Positions 34,846-49,800 of a DNA stretch of 64,000 bases are shown here, in pieces; positions within the stretch are counted from its first letter, which is position 1, and the number at the start of each line of letters is the position of its first letter. A model generated the notes under the pieces. That model had not been told where the DNA came from and ran no database searches. It was given only the letters and a program-made list of their open reading frames with translations. The DNA is from Takakia lepidozioides (lineage: Eukaryota > Plantae > Bryophyta). The position numbers and the translations under genes were made by a program. Where the stretch lies: the NCBI GenBank assembly GCA_030704615.1, contig CM060732.1, positions 30,442,001 through 30,506,000 on the forward strand. The letters run 5' to 3'.

Positions 34846-37800
34846 TTAAAAAGCTAGACCAGTGAAGAGACCAACCCCTCGATTGATCCATTTTGCTTGA
34901 GGCTTGTCAGATGGGAGTTCCATGTACATCACAAAGTTTGTAGAATGTCCGGTGGTTGAGAGTGTTCCTGGGCCAATGCAAAATATTGCTGAAAAATTTA
35001 GAATGGATCCAGATGTTCCCGAGTAAAGCAATTCTGCTAGAATTTAGTCACTTGTAGTGCTTCCTTGTACCGGTACAGTTTATCCCTGCCCCTTAACAGC
35101 TGGTATGCTAGGCTCCCAAACATCTAACCTGGGCCTATGTGGCTTGGGACCCAGGACCACCTTCAGTGTTTCCGGGTTCCTCTACACTAGTCCAAATAGT
35201 GATGCTCATCCGGGTCCTTGCCCTTTTGTACAGAAGGCAAGAAAAAGGTTGGATTGGGCATACTTATTGACCATTCCTTACCCAAGAGACATTACCAGCG
35301 GGACTTTGTTTGATGTACCTGTGGTCTTACACCTCTAGCCCAGTTTGGATGGAGTTTCCCCAAGACTGTCCACACGAGGCCTGAAGGACCTATGGGACTA
35401 AAACAGAGAGACAGCAAGAGAAGTGCAGGCAAGAAAGAGAGAAATACAGCAAGTTGTAATGTCCACAGGGAAGCCATAGCTCTATATGTGTCTTACCGGC
35501 TCGAACAAGAGTTTTGTAGACAGGACAATTGTAAAAGCCTCCTGTGGGAGCCTCCCTGAATTGCAAAGGTTTGAGCCACATTATTGGCAGATCTGTGTAA
35601 AGCTCTTTGGGCCGTGATTCTGCCAGCACATGTGTCGTGTAGTCCCACCGTGCTCCCTCCAAGAAGAGACCTCGTATATAGCAGCCATTTTCGGGTGCTT
35701 TGGTGAGTGTATTAACTGTTTGGTCATCCACTGCCACGAAATCGAAGTTGACTGTGTCAATTGGCATTCTATTCTTACGTGCAAAATTCTGAAGCGTGCC
35801 TGTCAGAAAAGCCTGCACCCACAAGAAACAGTTCTTAGCATACAGTTTACCCTGTTCGAACTTCTAGCAACCCTATTTTCTGCCTTTTCCTATATTATCC
35901 CTCAGCTGCTCAATGAAAAACCAGCGGTGATATTTGTTGGCATTGTCCCTAAGCTTTTAGGTTGACTCTTCACGCTTAGCTACTTGCCAATGAGATATTC
36001 CCCAGGCTTGACACAAGCAGAGGTAGGACAAACGATAGTGCCCCCTTCTGCCCTAAGGGTTACTGCCTTGTATTAAGATGTGAGGAGCCAGGATCCAATA
36101 CTGAGGCCCATGCATAATAACAATAGCCAATTTTGCTGACAACTCCATGTTCTATTAGGCTACTTTTGAGCTACAGTTTAAGCAGTTCAGACTAATAGAT
36201 ATGGGAACAGAATGTAGAACTGGACCTGTGGAAAGAAAAAGCCAGAGATCCAAAAAGTACTTGGTGCTCCCTCGTCAATCCACTTTATTATGAACTTAGT
36301 ACGTTCTAGCAGATCTTGCACCCATGTCGACAGTGGTTTCAAAGAAGGATACGCTTTGCCTTGCCACATCTCTGGAACCTGAGGAAAACTCTCATGTCAT
36401 CAAATACCATTTACTACAAGACAGGAAGAGACAGATACTGTTTTCCAATCATAGTCCCCCTTGAATGACATCTTTAGCATACCCAAACTTAGTTAGGCAT
36501 TACAGCAAGATACCACCCCTAGGGGCTGAACCCACGAGGGTGGAAGATAGGTCAAGATTGCAATAAGAACTTGGGTGCAATCGATGAGGACTAAACATTT
36601 TTAGTTCCCCTCTTGACCCCCCATATCTTGGCACGATTGACAGAACCCAGGTTTTATTACCTTGTCTCTTCAGGTGGAGATCGAGACCGAGGAGTTTTTT
36701 TTTTTTGCTGCACTCTCTACCATGTAATTTTAGGCTGCTAATTTTGCCCATTTTCGATACCTGAGAGAGGGTTTAAATTCCCAGGATCAGAGATACCTTG
36801 CCACATATTTACATGTGGCTCTCCACTTTACAGAACAATCAATATTGAAGTGTAGTTTTATGGTTGGGGTGGCTGGTTGTTGGGGCCCCACTTCTCTATC
36901 CCGTTTTTCTCTTCTCCTTGCCCTTTTCCTGCTCTTTGAGTATCCCCTGGACGTTACGAAGTTTCTTTCTTTGGGAGATTCCACTGTTTATTCAGTGGAA
37001 CCCAAACTCTCACTGATGTCTTCCACTATGAGGATCAAAAATGCTTGGCAGCCTACCTGCACGAGGCCTTCACCCTTCGACATTCGCTAGAACATTAATT
37101 GTGGTTTCTGGACTTTCTCTCATGTTTCCATTTTGTCCCATAAGCTCTATGAGCTTTCCGCGGACGTTATGAAGTACCATTTCATTTCCTTTCTAAAATG
37201 AAATGAAATGGTGCTTTATAACGAAAGACTGCAACAGATGCATCAGATGGAGCTGATGGAACTTCATGTCAGGTGAACCTGGAAACTGGCCAATCTGACA
37301 ACAACTACTGCAGTTCTATCGGGATAGATTCTTGGTCCTCTGTGATGATTGAATCTTGCAGCAGCCCAACTACCTGTCTGCAGCTCTATCTCACTCTCTT
37401 CTAAGGGCATTGGGGAGGTTTAGGGTGGGCTCCAACAGTCCGCAGATAGAGACGGGCAGGTGCAACAACCTACAGCGTAATGACCAACTGGGCCCTGCTT
37501 GTGCAGGGGATAACAGGAGGTTAACCATGGGGAACTCCCCTGTGGTGACGCATACGAAGATATAAGTGAAGAACATTTCTTCTTTAACTGTCTCTTCAAC
37601 TATGAGATCCATAGGAGATACTATTGTCTATTCTGAGATAGCCAATCTCTCACAGAGGTGTTCTATTACGAGGATCAGAAATGTTTTGCAGCATATCAGC
37701 ATGAGGCGTTGACTCTTAGACAATCCCTTGATCGATAGTTATTTCAGGCTGCTTGTGGACGGTCCCACTCTCTTTCTTGTTTCATGTCCCATAACATATC

Positions 37801-40800
37801 TGGAAACCCAGGTGTACCTCGACTCTAACTTGAGACCATTCCGTGGTTAGTCTTACTTTCAAGGGACAAATGTTTATGATTTTCAGGCACCCTGTCTCCT
37901 CTATCCAATCCAACCAGTACCACCACCTGACCTTAGATAAAGGTAGATTTGAAATCAAGGCATAACCTAACGTAACCTCTCTTAGCCGTAAGAGAGGTAA
38001 ACTCTTGTCCACACTAGTGGTTCTGGAGCAATCTGTAGTTGATTTGTCTACGGGTACAGCACCAAGCTGTATTGACTTGCGGCTATCCCTTGGTTGGAAG
38101 TTCCAACAAACAGTGGATTGATACTCTATGGCCTGGGACCCACTTGTCTCTGCCCCCATGCCCCACCTAAAATGCCTGAAAGTCTCATGTGGCCCTCGGG
38201 AGTCAAGAGTCTGCAGGTTTGCCCCTGAGCCTCCAACACCATTTAGTTGAAAGACAGGAAACAACATGAATCTTGTCACTGAGAGGTCAGTCCCACTGGA
38301 GCGGAAGAAGTTGGATAGCGTTAACAATATCCTCCTGCATGGACTTGATAGGTTCAGAGAAAACTAATCAGGACCAAAATACAACTCACAAGGCAGATAA
38401 AATAGAAAAAAGGAAGGGGGAGGGGGTTGAAAGAGCACATAAGATAAGCATGTCATGTTACAAATCAAATCGCTTGATAAAGATGATCTCGTAGGGCACC
38501 TGATTGTTGAATACACTGGTGCAAAGCATTTCGAGCTCATTCGACATGACCACCAACCCTTTGAGTGCCTTCAAAGAATCTCTGAGTGAAATTTTCATGA
38601 TATTGAGCAGGCCGTTGTACCGTATGCACTCCTGGGTTAGCACGGTATTCATACTCTCGCTATACATAGTGGGGTATTTTGTCAGAACCAGATCCACATC
38701 AAATAAAGGAGGTGTCTTGTCCAAAATCTCAGTACATGATTTCTCAATAACATCCTCCCTTGACATGCCTCCTCCTTTGGTTTGCTCACGAGGCTGCAGA
38801 GATAAGACGGTGGTGAAAAGCTCATATGACTCATTCTGGTCACAAGTTATATCAGCATTTTCATGAAGACCGAAAATTTCAGGGCGGGGTGCCAAGGGGA
38901 GCTCTCGGATGTACGCCAAATAGGCATTCACATTGCTAGCTTCGGGCACTCTAAAGATGCCCGACTCACTAAAGTTGTAGCCTGTTGTCTCGCAAACCTG
39001 CCATAACAGATTCCCGATCATTGATCGACTTAGACAACAGTTTTTTCCTGTTAATAGTAGAGCACTAACCTGAATACTGAGCCTCACCATAGATAGACAG
39101 ATTGAGAATCTCCTACAGTTTGCCTGCAAGAGGGGCTTTGTTGCAATGCTTTCATAAGAAAAAAGCTTAGTTAATGATTAGCGACTGACTAGTTGCCTGC
39201 CTGCCTGACTAGTTGCATGGAAGGGTTTGCTTTCAGGTTTAATATTTGGTATACTTGAAGGCTGCCAAGATGGAGGTGAAGTGATATAGGTTGACATGCT
39301 GTTTGTCTGCCAGCATTATTGCTGGAGCCATGCTATGCTCTCCATGGGACTCAGGGTTATTCATTGACTGTAGATTTTGCTTATGCATGGAGAAGGGGAA
39401 AGGACAAGAAGAAGTAAGAAGCAAAGATTTTTTTTTTGTGTCCACTGCCCAAATGTTCAAGGGAGCCTAGTAAAACCACAGAAACCGACAAAGCTGGGAG
39501 GGAGAGAGAGACCTCGTTTTTAATGAATGTAAGCAGGAGAGTGTTCATAAGCCTCCTGTCTTTGTCATCTGTCACTCGTCCCCCATAATTAATTTCCCCC
39601 CACAAAAATCGAATCACCTGGATCTCACCACCAAGCATATTAGCATAAAATCACGGGATAGTAATTAGCATTTATGTCTGTTACTTAATGATGAGGGGTG
39701 CACGAACTTTGTATGGAATGTCCTCGTAGTCGTTGAGGAACATGCGGACTTGGACCTGGCACACACTCAGATCACCATCAGTGAAATCATAGCGGATATT
39801 CCAACCGAGAGGCCCAAATTTACGGCGCTCCTGGATCACAGCATGGAATAGGCAGGTGGCAAAAACCAGTCGTTTCCAGTCTTCTGGCTTGTTACAGTCA
39901 TTGAGGATTTTGTCAGTGAATCGGAGGTATGCGCGCACAAGATTTGCCCGCAGACCCTTCGGCGGCTCGAGGGTCATCTTCACCCCATTCTGAAGAATAG
40001 AGACGGGGAAGTCAGGACTGGGCATGCTTGTTAGCCACAGACGGAAATCCTTGTGGACCTGCCATTGCCCCGACATGTCCTAGTTAGTACAATAGTAATG
40101 GTCGATTGAAGCAGCACATTGTATCTGATCTGATGGTTATCTTACTGAGTGGCTGCAAGATTAGATTGGTGCTGATCAGTACACCATCAACCTAGCCACA
40201 TGAAATTTATCCATCTTACCGTTGAAGCCTGGAAACCCTATAAAGGGAGAGATTGAAATGAAGGATCAAAACAACCATACAATGGAATTAACAAGGAGAA
40301 GTCCTGTGAAAGACCCAGGACAGAGGAAAACGGTGGAAGGTTACCTTTTCAGGATCAATGGTGTCTACGATTCGGTCCAAAACGGGCATCCACGATTGTG
40401 ACAGATGGCAGTTCTGCAAGCAGACCCACATGCCACGCTCCATGCCTTGTGCCAACAGCTTCTCAGCTTTGGGGCCTTGGCCTTGCCCCAGTGATACCTG
40501 TCCATTGCCCTCTCCGGTTAGCTCCATTTGACAAGTCTTCACAGGCTCCATTTGACTTTCTTAATGAGATCACAACTGTGGCTCATCTATTACTGCCAGA
40601 CAAGCATATCTTGAGAAAACTTCACAGGGTCGAACAATTGCTGGTATTAAATAACATCATATAGCCATGCAGGTGAAATTCACAGAATGATTTACAAGAA
40701 GCCATATCTGAAGGTATTTATTTGGGTCAAAATTGTAGCTTACACTATCAAGTATATGATTTACTCTCTATTTGACACACACCAGGTTCTTTCTTAGTAC

Positions 40801-43800
40801 GCGGGGGAAAGTGAAACTTGGACTTCCTAATAATCATTGTTCATGAAGAGGATTTACCAACCTTTTCAAACTTTTTCGTGAATCGGAATTCTTCAGCAAG
40901 CTTCAGCAGGTCTGCCATGGGATCTGCTCCGGAGGACAGCACAAAGATGAGGGGAGATGATGGAGATCCATCTTTGTAGCAGGCATTGAGATCAAATGCT
41001 GGAGGCTCAATGAACTGCTGTCCAATGACTGCAGATACAAAATCCTGTGCAACAGAAAAGATATTCAAAACCTCCACCACATACCATTAACCAATCATGA
41101 CCCTGGAGTATAATGGTGATTCTCCACATGGGAAGGAAAACATCTCTCTCCTTAAAACTATTTATTGGGGCTGAAAGGTTAATAACATGACAGGCTGTAC
41201 TGGAGACTTTGCGATACCGGATGATTCTGGCAGGACTGCACATTGGATGTGTAAGTCCGAGAAAACATCCAAAAAGGAAGAAGAAATGGAATGAGTTGCC
41301 AGAAAGGATAAGAAAGAATTGCAATAAAATGGTACTTTATAACGTCCGTGGAAAGCTCCAAGAGCTGATGGGACAATAGGGAAAAGCAAGAAAGAAGAGA
41401 CTAAACCACAGCCAAAAGCAGCCCAAAAGCAACTACTGCTCAAGGGACTGCCTAAGGGTCAAGGCCTCATGCAGATAAGCTGCCAAGCATTTCTGATCCC
41501 ATAATGGAAGACAAGAAATAAAAGAAAAGAAATGAAATGGTACTTTATAACGTCCGGGGAAAGCTCAAAGAGCTTATGGGACAAATGGAAAAAAAACAAT
41601 AGAGAGGAGACAAAACCAGAGCCAAAAAGCAGCCCAGAAGCAACTACTGCTCAAGGGATTGCCTAAGGGTCAAGGCCTCGTGCAGGAAAGCTGCCAAGCA
41701 TTTCTGATCCTCATAATGGAAGACTTCAGTGAGAGATTGAGTTCCACGGAATAGACAGTGGAATCTCCCCGTGGAACAGACAGTGGAATCTTCCACGGAT
41801 GTCATAATACAGAGGGCAATAAAAGAAGGAAGTGGTGCAAGCTGGGGTAGGAAATGAAATGAAATCACACATGCATGTTTACGCCACCCTGCTCTGAAGT
41901 GCGATCCTCTTTTAGGGAGTTGCCCGGGTGGAAATTTACAACGACCATTATGAGGGCTATTTAATATTGTCCCTTCCTCCTTTTCTTCCTTTCAAACTTT
42001 TTTCGTACTTCTTTCCCAAATGTAATAAATTTCTTTCCTGACATAGTTCTTTGTTTGTTATGCTGTGTCCATGGGTTCTTCTGGTCTTCTGTGGACGTTA
42101 TATAGTTTCTATAAGCTCTTTGAGCTTCCTGCGGACGTACCATTTCATTTCATTTCGTTTCATTTCCTGCCAGTAATTCTCTGAATGGAGCATTAAGCAC
42201 TTACTGCAGTAGCAAGGAGAGCCTTATCAACACGTATACAGCGGAGAAAAAGCATCTTCTGAAACTGATTCAATTTTGTGTCCCACTCTCCAGCCATTGG
42301 CTCACGGTGTGCATCAGAGGAGTCGAAAAACTTGCGGTAGTGCGGAAGGTTCTGTGCCACGTGCATATCAATGCCTTTGAAGTTCTCAAGCCGACCAAGG
42401 TTGAGAAGCTCAGTCCAACACTGACAACATTCACAAGATCACATTGTTAAAAAATGTGTTTTCTTGAAGCAAATTAGGGCAATAAGCATGGTTTAGATAT
42501 CTATGCATGTCTATCTCCTTCTGGTGGTGATAACAGGATGAGCCCTATGGAGAGAACCAAAGGGAAAAAGGTCTCATGGACTTTCTTTGAGCTTTCAACA
42601 TTTCATTTCATGCTTGAAGATTATTTCTTTATGCAAGAATGAGAAGCAAAAGTATTCCATGGTTGGGGTATATATTTAGATCCAGGGAGGGGTGGAGATT
42701 GAATACCTTCTCATTGATCCAATCAGGCGAGGGATTTGCCATGGTAAAGCTTGTTGATGTACCCCCTTGTAGTAAAAATCTCCACTCCAATCCATCAACC
42801 TTCCCATATCCCTGTGACAGAGCTACTACAAAAGCATGGTTTAGAGATCATGTTTCCAATTACAAAACCTTATATTTATGCTGAAGTGAAACAGTCATCA
42901 CTAGTTGACTAAGGAGTTCATATGTCCCTGACGACACCTGCCAGGCTCCCTCTTGGACGTGCACATCATTGTGCAGCTTGCAAGTGCTGGTTTTCTGGCA
43001 TGAGATTCTACAATTTGACCGGTTCAAGGCAATTCTTGTGCTTTCCAACAAAAAGGTGGGTAGATTCTCCTCACTGCTTACAATGCCTGCATGCTGTGGT
43101 GGGGTTGGAGATTCCACCTTAACTACCAAGTTTAGACGTATTTACTCCGACCATACCCTGCAATTGTTGGCTTTGCTATACCCCTAGAATAATACCCTGT
43201 TATCTTCATAAGCTGGCGATGGTGGGTTTATTCACAGTACATCACTACTTAGTGTAGAAAATTTCCTTCTCCTTGAGTGCTCAAATGCCAAATTCATGGA
43301 CATTGTGGAGTGTAGTCACGTTCTGTGATCTGTATTGATTAACCAGATTGTTGCCTGCCCAATCCTATTCCACTCCCAAACCCTGCAATTACTGTCACTC
43401 TAGGTGACCAAGGAACCACCTGGAGAATCTTGATGCAGAGCATTAGTGAGAACATCAGCTTGTGCTTCTCAAACAGGGACCGGCACACGTTCACATACAG
43501 AGAGTACGTGAAAAAATCATTCAAATTTTCAATCCGTTGATCTATGGTGGGAGCCTGTGCAGCACTGTCGATGGCACGAACAAAAAGAAAGATGAACCAT
43601 GCGAGGCTGTACTGATACATGGGGTCAACCACGGCTAAGTCGGATATGCAAAAGAAGAGAATTGAGGCCCTTGTTGCCACCTTGCGATACACCTACAATT
43701 CCCAACACAACCGTGAGGCACCACAGCACTAGCAAAACTACCCATTGAATTGCAACATACCCAAACCCATTAGCATGGAGAGGGTGGCTTCCACATCTTT

Positions 43801-46800
43801 ATTTTTGAGGTACATCCAAACTCACTGGTTTCCAAACCTGCAAGATAAATGACATTTGTACAGATTCACTGGCTTGCTTACCTCACGGGTCTCATCAATG
43901 GCCACCTCTGTCTTCTCAGCTTCAGCGACCTTGATTTTAATTTCATCAGAAGTGATTTTTGATTGTGCCAATGTGTTGATGAGAGTTTCATCATCCAGAA
44001 TGTTACCCTACACCCACAACTGACCACCATTTGTCTCTCTGCATGCAGTTTGCTCAACAGTTGTAGAGACGTGAGGTGACAAAGGGGCAATGTTTTCCTT
44101 TAGAAACTAGATAGACAGAAAGAGAAGGTATACAATATTCACAGGGCCCTGTGGGCCTATGGGATGAAGTACACATAAGAATACATTAAAAGTCACCCAA
44201 AGACTAAGTGTCTCATGCATGTAAGCAGCCAGATGCTTCGCGTTCTCAAAGCTGAAGGCCTGTACCAAAGACTGGGGGACTCTCACGACACGATAGTGTG
44301 TGCCTCTCCTGAAGGAGAACAAGGAAGATGAATAATAACAAGATGTGTTACATCCACAGGAGCCCTATCACACACAGTAGAACTACTGAAACCAAATAGC
44401 AAATCAAACCCCAAATGTTGCCTCGAGAGGGACTGCCTCATGTAGGTAAGCTGCTAAGTACTATCTTCATCAGTGACGGCTTCTAGTAATAAGTAGACAA
44501 AGAAATGAAATGGTAATTACAATGTCCGCGGGAAGCTTGAAGAGCTTATGGGACAAGAGGAAGAAATGGAAATGGAAATGGTACTTTATAACGTCTGCGG
44601 AAAGCTCAAAGCCTTATGGGACAACAGAAAAAACAACAGAGAGGAAACAAAACCAGAGCCAAAAAACAGCCCAAAAGAAGAAAGAAACAAGAAAGAAAAA
44701 CGAAATGAAATGGTATTTTATGACGTCCGCGGAAAGCTCACAGAGCTTATGGGACAAAATGGAAAAAAAACATGAGAGAGGAACAAAACCAGAGCCAAAA
44801 ATAAAACTATTGCTCGAGGGATTGTCTACTAAGGGTGAAGGCCTTGTGCAGGTAGGCTTGCAATCCTCATAGTGGAAGCCTTCAGTGAGAGATTGAGTTC
44901 CGCGGAATAGACAGTGGAATCTCCCACGGATCTCGTAGTACAGAGGGCAATAGAAGAAGAAGTGTTCTTCAGTTTCAACTTCCCGGTTGCGCCCTGTGCA
45001 AGCTGGACATAGGCGGTCCTACCGTTGCAGGTTTTCCCATCTGCCAGTCTCTATCCTAGATTGTGGGAGCCCACCCTGAACCACCCCAATGCCCTCAGGA
45101 GGGAAGGAGATAAAGGTGCCAAAAGGGAATTGGGGCCAAAAACAGCCCAAAAGCAACTAATCTGAATGTATTGTCTAAGAGTCAATGCTTCATGCAGGTA
45201 ACTACCAAGCATTTTTGATCCTCGTAATGGACAACCTCCGCGAGAGATTGGGTATCCTAGGACGAAACCACCCAAAGAGAGAGCCAAAAGCAGCCCAAAT
45301 GCAACTACAGTTCAAGGAATTGCCTAGGGTCAAGGCCTCTTGCAGATAAGCTGCCAAGCATTTCTGATCCTCACAATGGAAGACTTCTGTGAGAGATTGG
45401 TTCCACGGAATAGACAGTTGAATCTCCCACGGATCTCATAGAAGAGAGGGCAATAAAAGAAGGAGTGTTCTTCAGTTTCGATTTCCTGGTTGCGCCCAGT
45501 GCATGTTGGGCAGAGGCGGTCCTCCCGTTGCAGGTTTTCCCATCTACCAGTCTCTATCCGTACATTCTAGGTCAGTGAGGGGTCTTCTGCTGAATGGAGG
45601 GACACAGTTGGAAAAACTGTTCCTATGATTCAAAACAGCCCTGATGAACTGGAGTATGTTTCAATGGCTTATAATGCTCCCATTAGTTCTTCTGAGATTG
45701 TGGAAGCAATTGAACATTTAAATGGATATAAAGCTGGTGGACCTGATGGTATTGTCAACGAGCTTATCAAGCACGGTGGCGATCCCATGATAGAGGCCCT
45801 AGTTCTCCTCTTTAACCTTATCTGGAAGACTGAAATGATCCCCTTTCGCTGGCGACAGGGGGTCATTGTCAATCTATACAAGAAGGGTGACAGAGAAGAA
45901 CCGGGGAACTACCGTGGCATCACGCTCCTCAATGCTGTTGGCAAGACATTCTGCAGAGTTATAAGTACTCGTCTCGAGGTTGATCTGGAGTCCAGAGGTT
46001 GTTTCCACGAAGGCCAAGCTGGCTTTCGACGAAACAGGGGCTGTGTGGATCATATCTTCACTCTAAGCCAGATTATCCAGGGAAGGAAAAAAGAAGGGAA
46101 ACCCACTTATGTCTTTTTCCTGGATGTCAAAAAGGGTTATGACACAGTGTGGAGGGATGGCCTATGGTTCCGCCTCTGGTCTTGTGGGATCAAGGGAAAG
46201 ATGTGGAGAGTTGTCCACAACTTGTATGCTCACACCAAAAGCTGTGTCACTGTTAATGGACAGAAGTCCAACTTCTTTGACATAGACCAAGGTGTAGCTC
46301 AAGGATGTACTCTCTCCCCTCTGCTCTTCAATGTTTTCATCAATCAACTCCTCGAGGATGTGGAAAGTGAGGGATTTGGGTTAAGGGTGGGTGATACCAC
46401 CATACCAGCCCTTATGTTTGCGGATGACTTCGCAGGCATAGGGGAGACTCCAACCAATCTCCAGGAGTTGATTGATTGCGCGAAGAGATACTTTGATCTT
46501 TGGGGCTAGAGGCTAATGTCAGCAAATGTGCAGTGGTAGCATTCAACGACAGAGGAGAGGGAGGAAGTGATCTTAAGTGGCAGTGGGGTAGCCAAGAGAT
46601 CCCGGTCCTCCCTTCCTACACTTACCTGGGCGTTGAGTTCTCCTCCAATTGTAATTGGGATGCACATATCCGGAAAGTTGTTCAAACTGGCAAGGGCAAA
46701 GCTCTGGGGCTCACTAAATTTTTCCACTGCAGAGGGGTCAACTCTGAGGTTAAGAAAACCATGCTTTGTCGCGTTATTAGACCTGCCTTGGAGTACGGAT

Positions 46801-49800
46801 CTGCTATATGGGTTGATAACTCCAACCAGGCTAAGTCTCTAGAATCCATTCAAGTGGGGGTGCTTAAGGAGTGTATGTCAGCATGCTCCAAAACAGCCAA
46901 TGTGGCTGTTCGGGGTGAGTTTGGCATTCCGTCCTTAAGCTCCCGACGAGATGAATTCAAGGTCAGATGGTGGGGTCAGCTGCAACATATGCCCAACACC
47001 AGATATCCTAAATTAATCAACTCTATATCTTGGAAACAGGACCGCCCTGTCAAACAGGCTAAGTCCTGGCAGAAGAGAGTAGAAGAGATCCTCAAGGACC
47101 TGGACCTGGATCCGCAAATCTTGACCCTGCTGGATAAATCTGACTTAGAGGCTGTAGTGTCCTCAGCCATGTCTGTTGCCATGAGATTGTCTGATGAAAA
47201 TGAAGTTAGGCAGAAAACTTCCCTGAACTTGTTTCCAGTCTGTGACATGGGGGAGGACATCTTGGATGACCTCAAGGGTCTACCCACTCTCGGCACTAGA
47301 CTGAAATTTAAACTCAGGGCAGGAAGCCTACCTTTGAACAGCAAACAGAAGCAGAGAGGAAAGGGAGAGTGCAATTGCCCGTTGTGTGGGCAATCTGAAG
47401 ACAGTATTCATTTTCTCATACACTGTCCGGGGTTCTCTCACCAAAGAGACGCTCTCTTCAAATCTATTAAGGGAATTGTGCCTGTACCCCTGTTTACCAA
47501 CTTTGAAAGTCTCGAGGCTGAGCCAAAAGCCCAGGCCCTCCTGAGGCCTAGTTTTTGGGCAAATCACACACAGCAGATTGATGCTTGTGTGAAGGGATTT
47601 CTAGAGGATATCTGGAAAACCCGGATTAATTCTTTATATGGAGGTAAGTCTTACTACCAACGTCAGCCCCTGACAGAGGTAGGTTCTGTCCCTTTTGTTC
47701 CCGCTCAAACTGGGCGCGGGGTCAATGGCCACAAGGCTACGGCAAACAACGTCTTATGAGTACAATCTATCCGTACATTGTGGGAGCCCACCCTGAACCG
47801 CCCAATGCCCTCAGGAGGGAGGAGATAAAGGTGCCGAAAGGTAATTGGGCTGCAAGATTCTATCGTCATGGGAGAGAAAGTCGATGGAAATGGAGTTTTG
47901 TTGTTAGAGTGGGTGGCTTCCATGTTTGCCTGACATGGAGTTACATAAGTACTCTTCTGATGAGTCTGTTACGATCCTATTTGGATGTGATTTCCACCCC
48001 TTCTGTATTTTGTGGCAGTAGGGAAGCAACATAGAGTTCATTCCAGTAAAAAATACTGCACACGCAAGCATACCAGGAGGGCTTGAAACGTGCAGTTTTG
48101 AGCCTAATAGATGTTGTGAGGGCTCTTGCCGTGAGCCATTTGGGTGGAAGGGCTTGTAACCTTTTAAGAAAGATTGTAAGCCGGAAGAGGGCCTCGGTTT
48201 GAAGTGGCACAAATGCAAACTCCGCACATAGAATGTGTGATGGAGTTGTGCCTCTAGTGCCAAGTTTGCATTTGGTGTGAAGGCAGATAGAGAGTTGAAT
48301 CTCCCAAGGTATAAAGGGCAGTGAATGAAGATTTTCCCACCAGGAAACTGGGACACCAGGTTCCCAGAACTCACAGCCATAAGTGGCGGCAGGGATGACA
48401 ACAGAGTCGAAGAGCCACTTTTCGGTGTATTTGTTATTTAGCCTGAAGGCCCATGGAGGCAGGCTTCAATCTGTCCATAGATTTGGGTGAGTGGATAGCC
48501 AGCCCCAGGTATGGATATAATTTCATGACCTCAAGCTCTTGCTGGTTGAAGAGGAACCCCTCCGATCTGCACGGCCATCGAAAACCACGATCTTAGTTTT
48601 GCGTAGGTTGACCTGCAACGAGTAGTCTTTGGAGAAGTCTTCAAGGATGCAAACAAAAGAAATGAGAAACGAAATGGTACTTTATAACGTCCATGGAAAG
48701 CTCAAAGAGCTTATGGGACAAAAGGGAGAAACCACAAAGAAGAGACAAACCCACAGCGAGGCAGCCCAGAAGCCCAGAAGCCCAGAAAGAAAAGAACGAA
48801 AACGAATGAAATGAAATGGTACTTTATAACGTCCGTGGAAAGCTCAAAGAGCTTATGGGACAAAACGGAAAAAAACAAGAGAGAGGAGACAAAACCAGAG
48901 CCAAAAAGCAGCACAAAAGCAAAGAACTTCCTTATGTCCGATGGGAGGTCCATTGGACAAAGTAGAGAATGAATGAAAGGTAATGGAACTTTATAACGTC
49001 TGCAGAAGCTGAATGAAAGAAATGAAATGAAATGAAATGGTACTTTATAGAAATGAAATGAAATGGTGCTTTATAACGTCCGCGGAAAGCTCGTAGAGCT
49101 TATGGGACAAAATGGAAGAAAACATGAGAGAGGAATAGAGAAATGACATGAAATGAAATGGTGCTTTATAACGTCCGCAGAAAGCTCATAGAGCTTATGG
49201 AAAGAAAACATGAGAGAGGAAACAGAAAACCAGAGCCAGAGATAAGAACTATTGTTCGAGTGATTGTCTAAGGGTGAGGGCCTCGTGCAGGTAAGCTGCC
49301 AAGCATTTCTGATCTTCATAGTGAAAGACTTCAGTGAGAGATTGGGTTCCAGGGAATAGACAGTGGAATCTCCCACGGATCTCATAGTATAGAGGGCAAT
49401 AGAAGAAGAAGTGTTCTTCAGTTTCAATTTCCTGGTTGCGCCCTGTGCAAGCTGGACATAGGCGGTCCTCCCACTGCAGGTTTTCCCATCTGCCAGTCTC
49501 TATCCGTAGTGTCGCGTTATTAGACCTGCCTTGGAGTACGGATCTGCTATATGGGTTGATAACTCCAACCAGGCTAAGTCTCTAGAATCCATTCAAGTGG
49601 GGGTGCTTAAGGAGTGTATGTCAGCATGCTCCAAAACAGCCAATGTGGATGTTCGGGGTGAGTTTGGCATTCCGTCCTTAAGCTCCCGACGAGATGAATT
49701 CAAGGTCAGATGGTGGGGTCAGCTGCAACATATGCCCAACACCAGATATCCTAAGTTAATCGACTCTATATCTTGGAAACAGGACCGCCCTGTCAAACAG

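Noticed and set aside
37782-38327. 181-aa ORF inside a dynein intron
   Set aside because: No domain motifs and not needed for the dynein reading frame.
44500-49200. CRISPR-like repeat-spacer array (recurrent GTACTTTATAACGTCC...GAGCTTATGGGAC)
   Set aside because: These are stacked LINE-B 3' ends with (CATTT)n tails; spacing is irregular, the context is eukaryotic and no cas genes are present.
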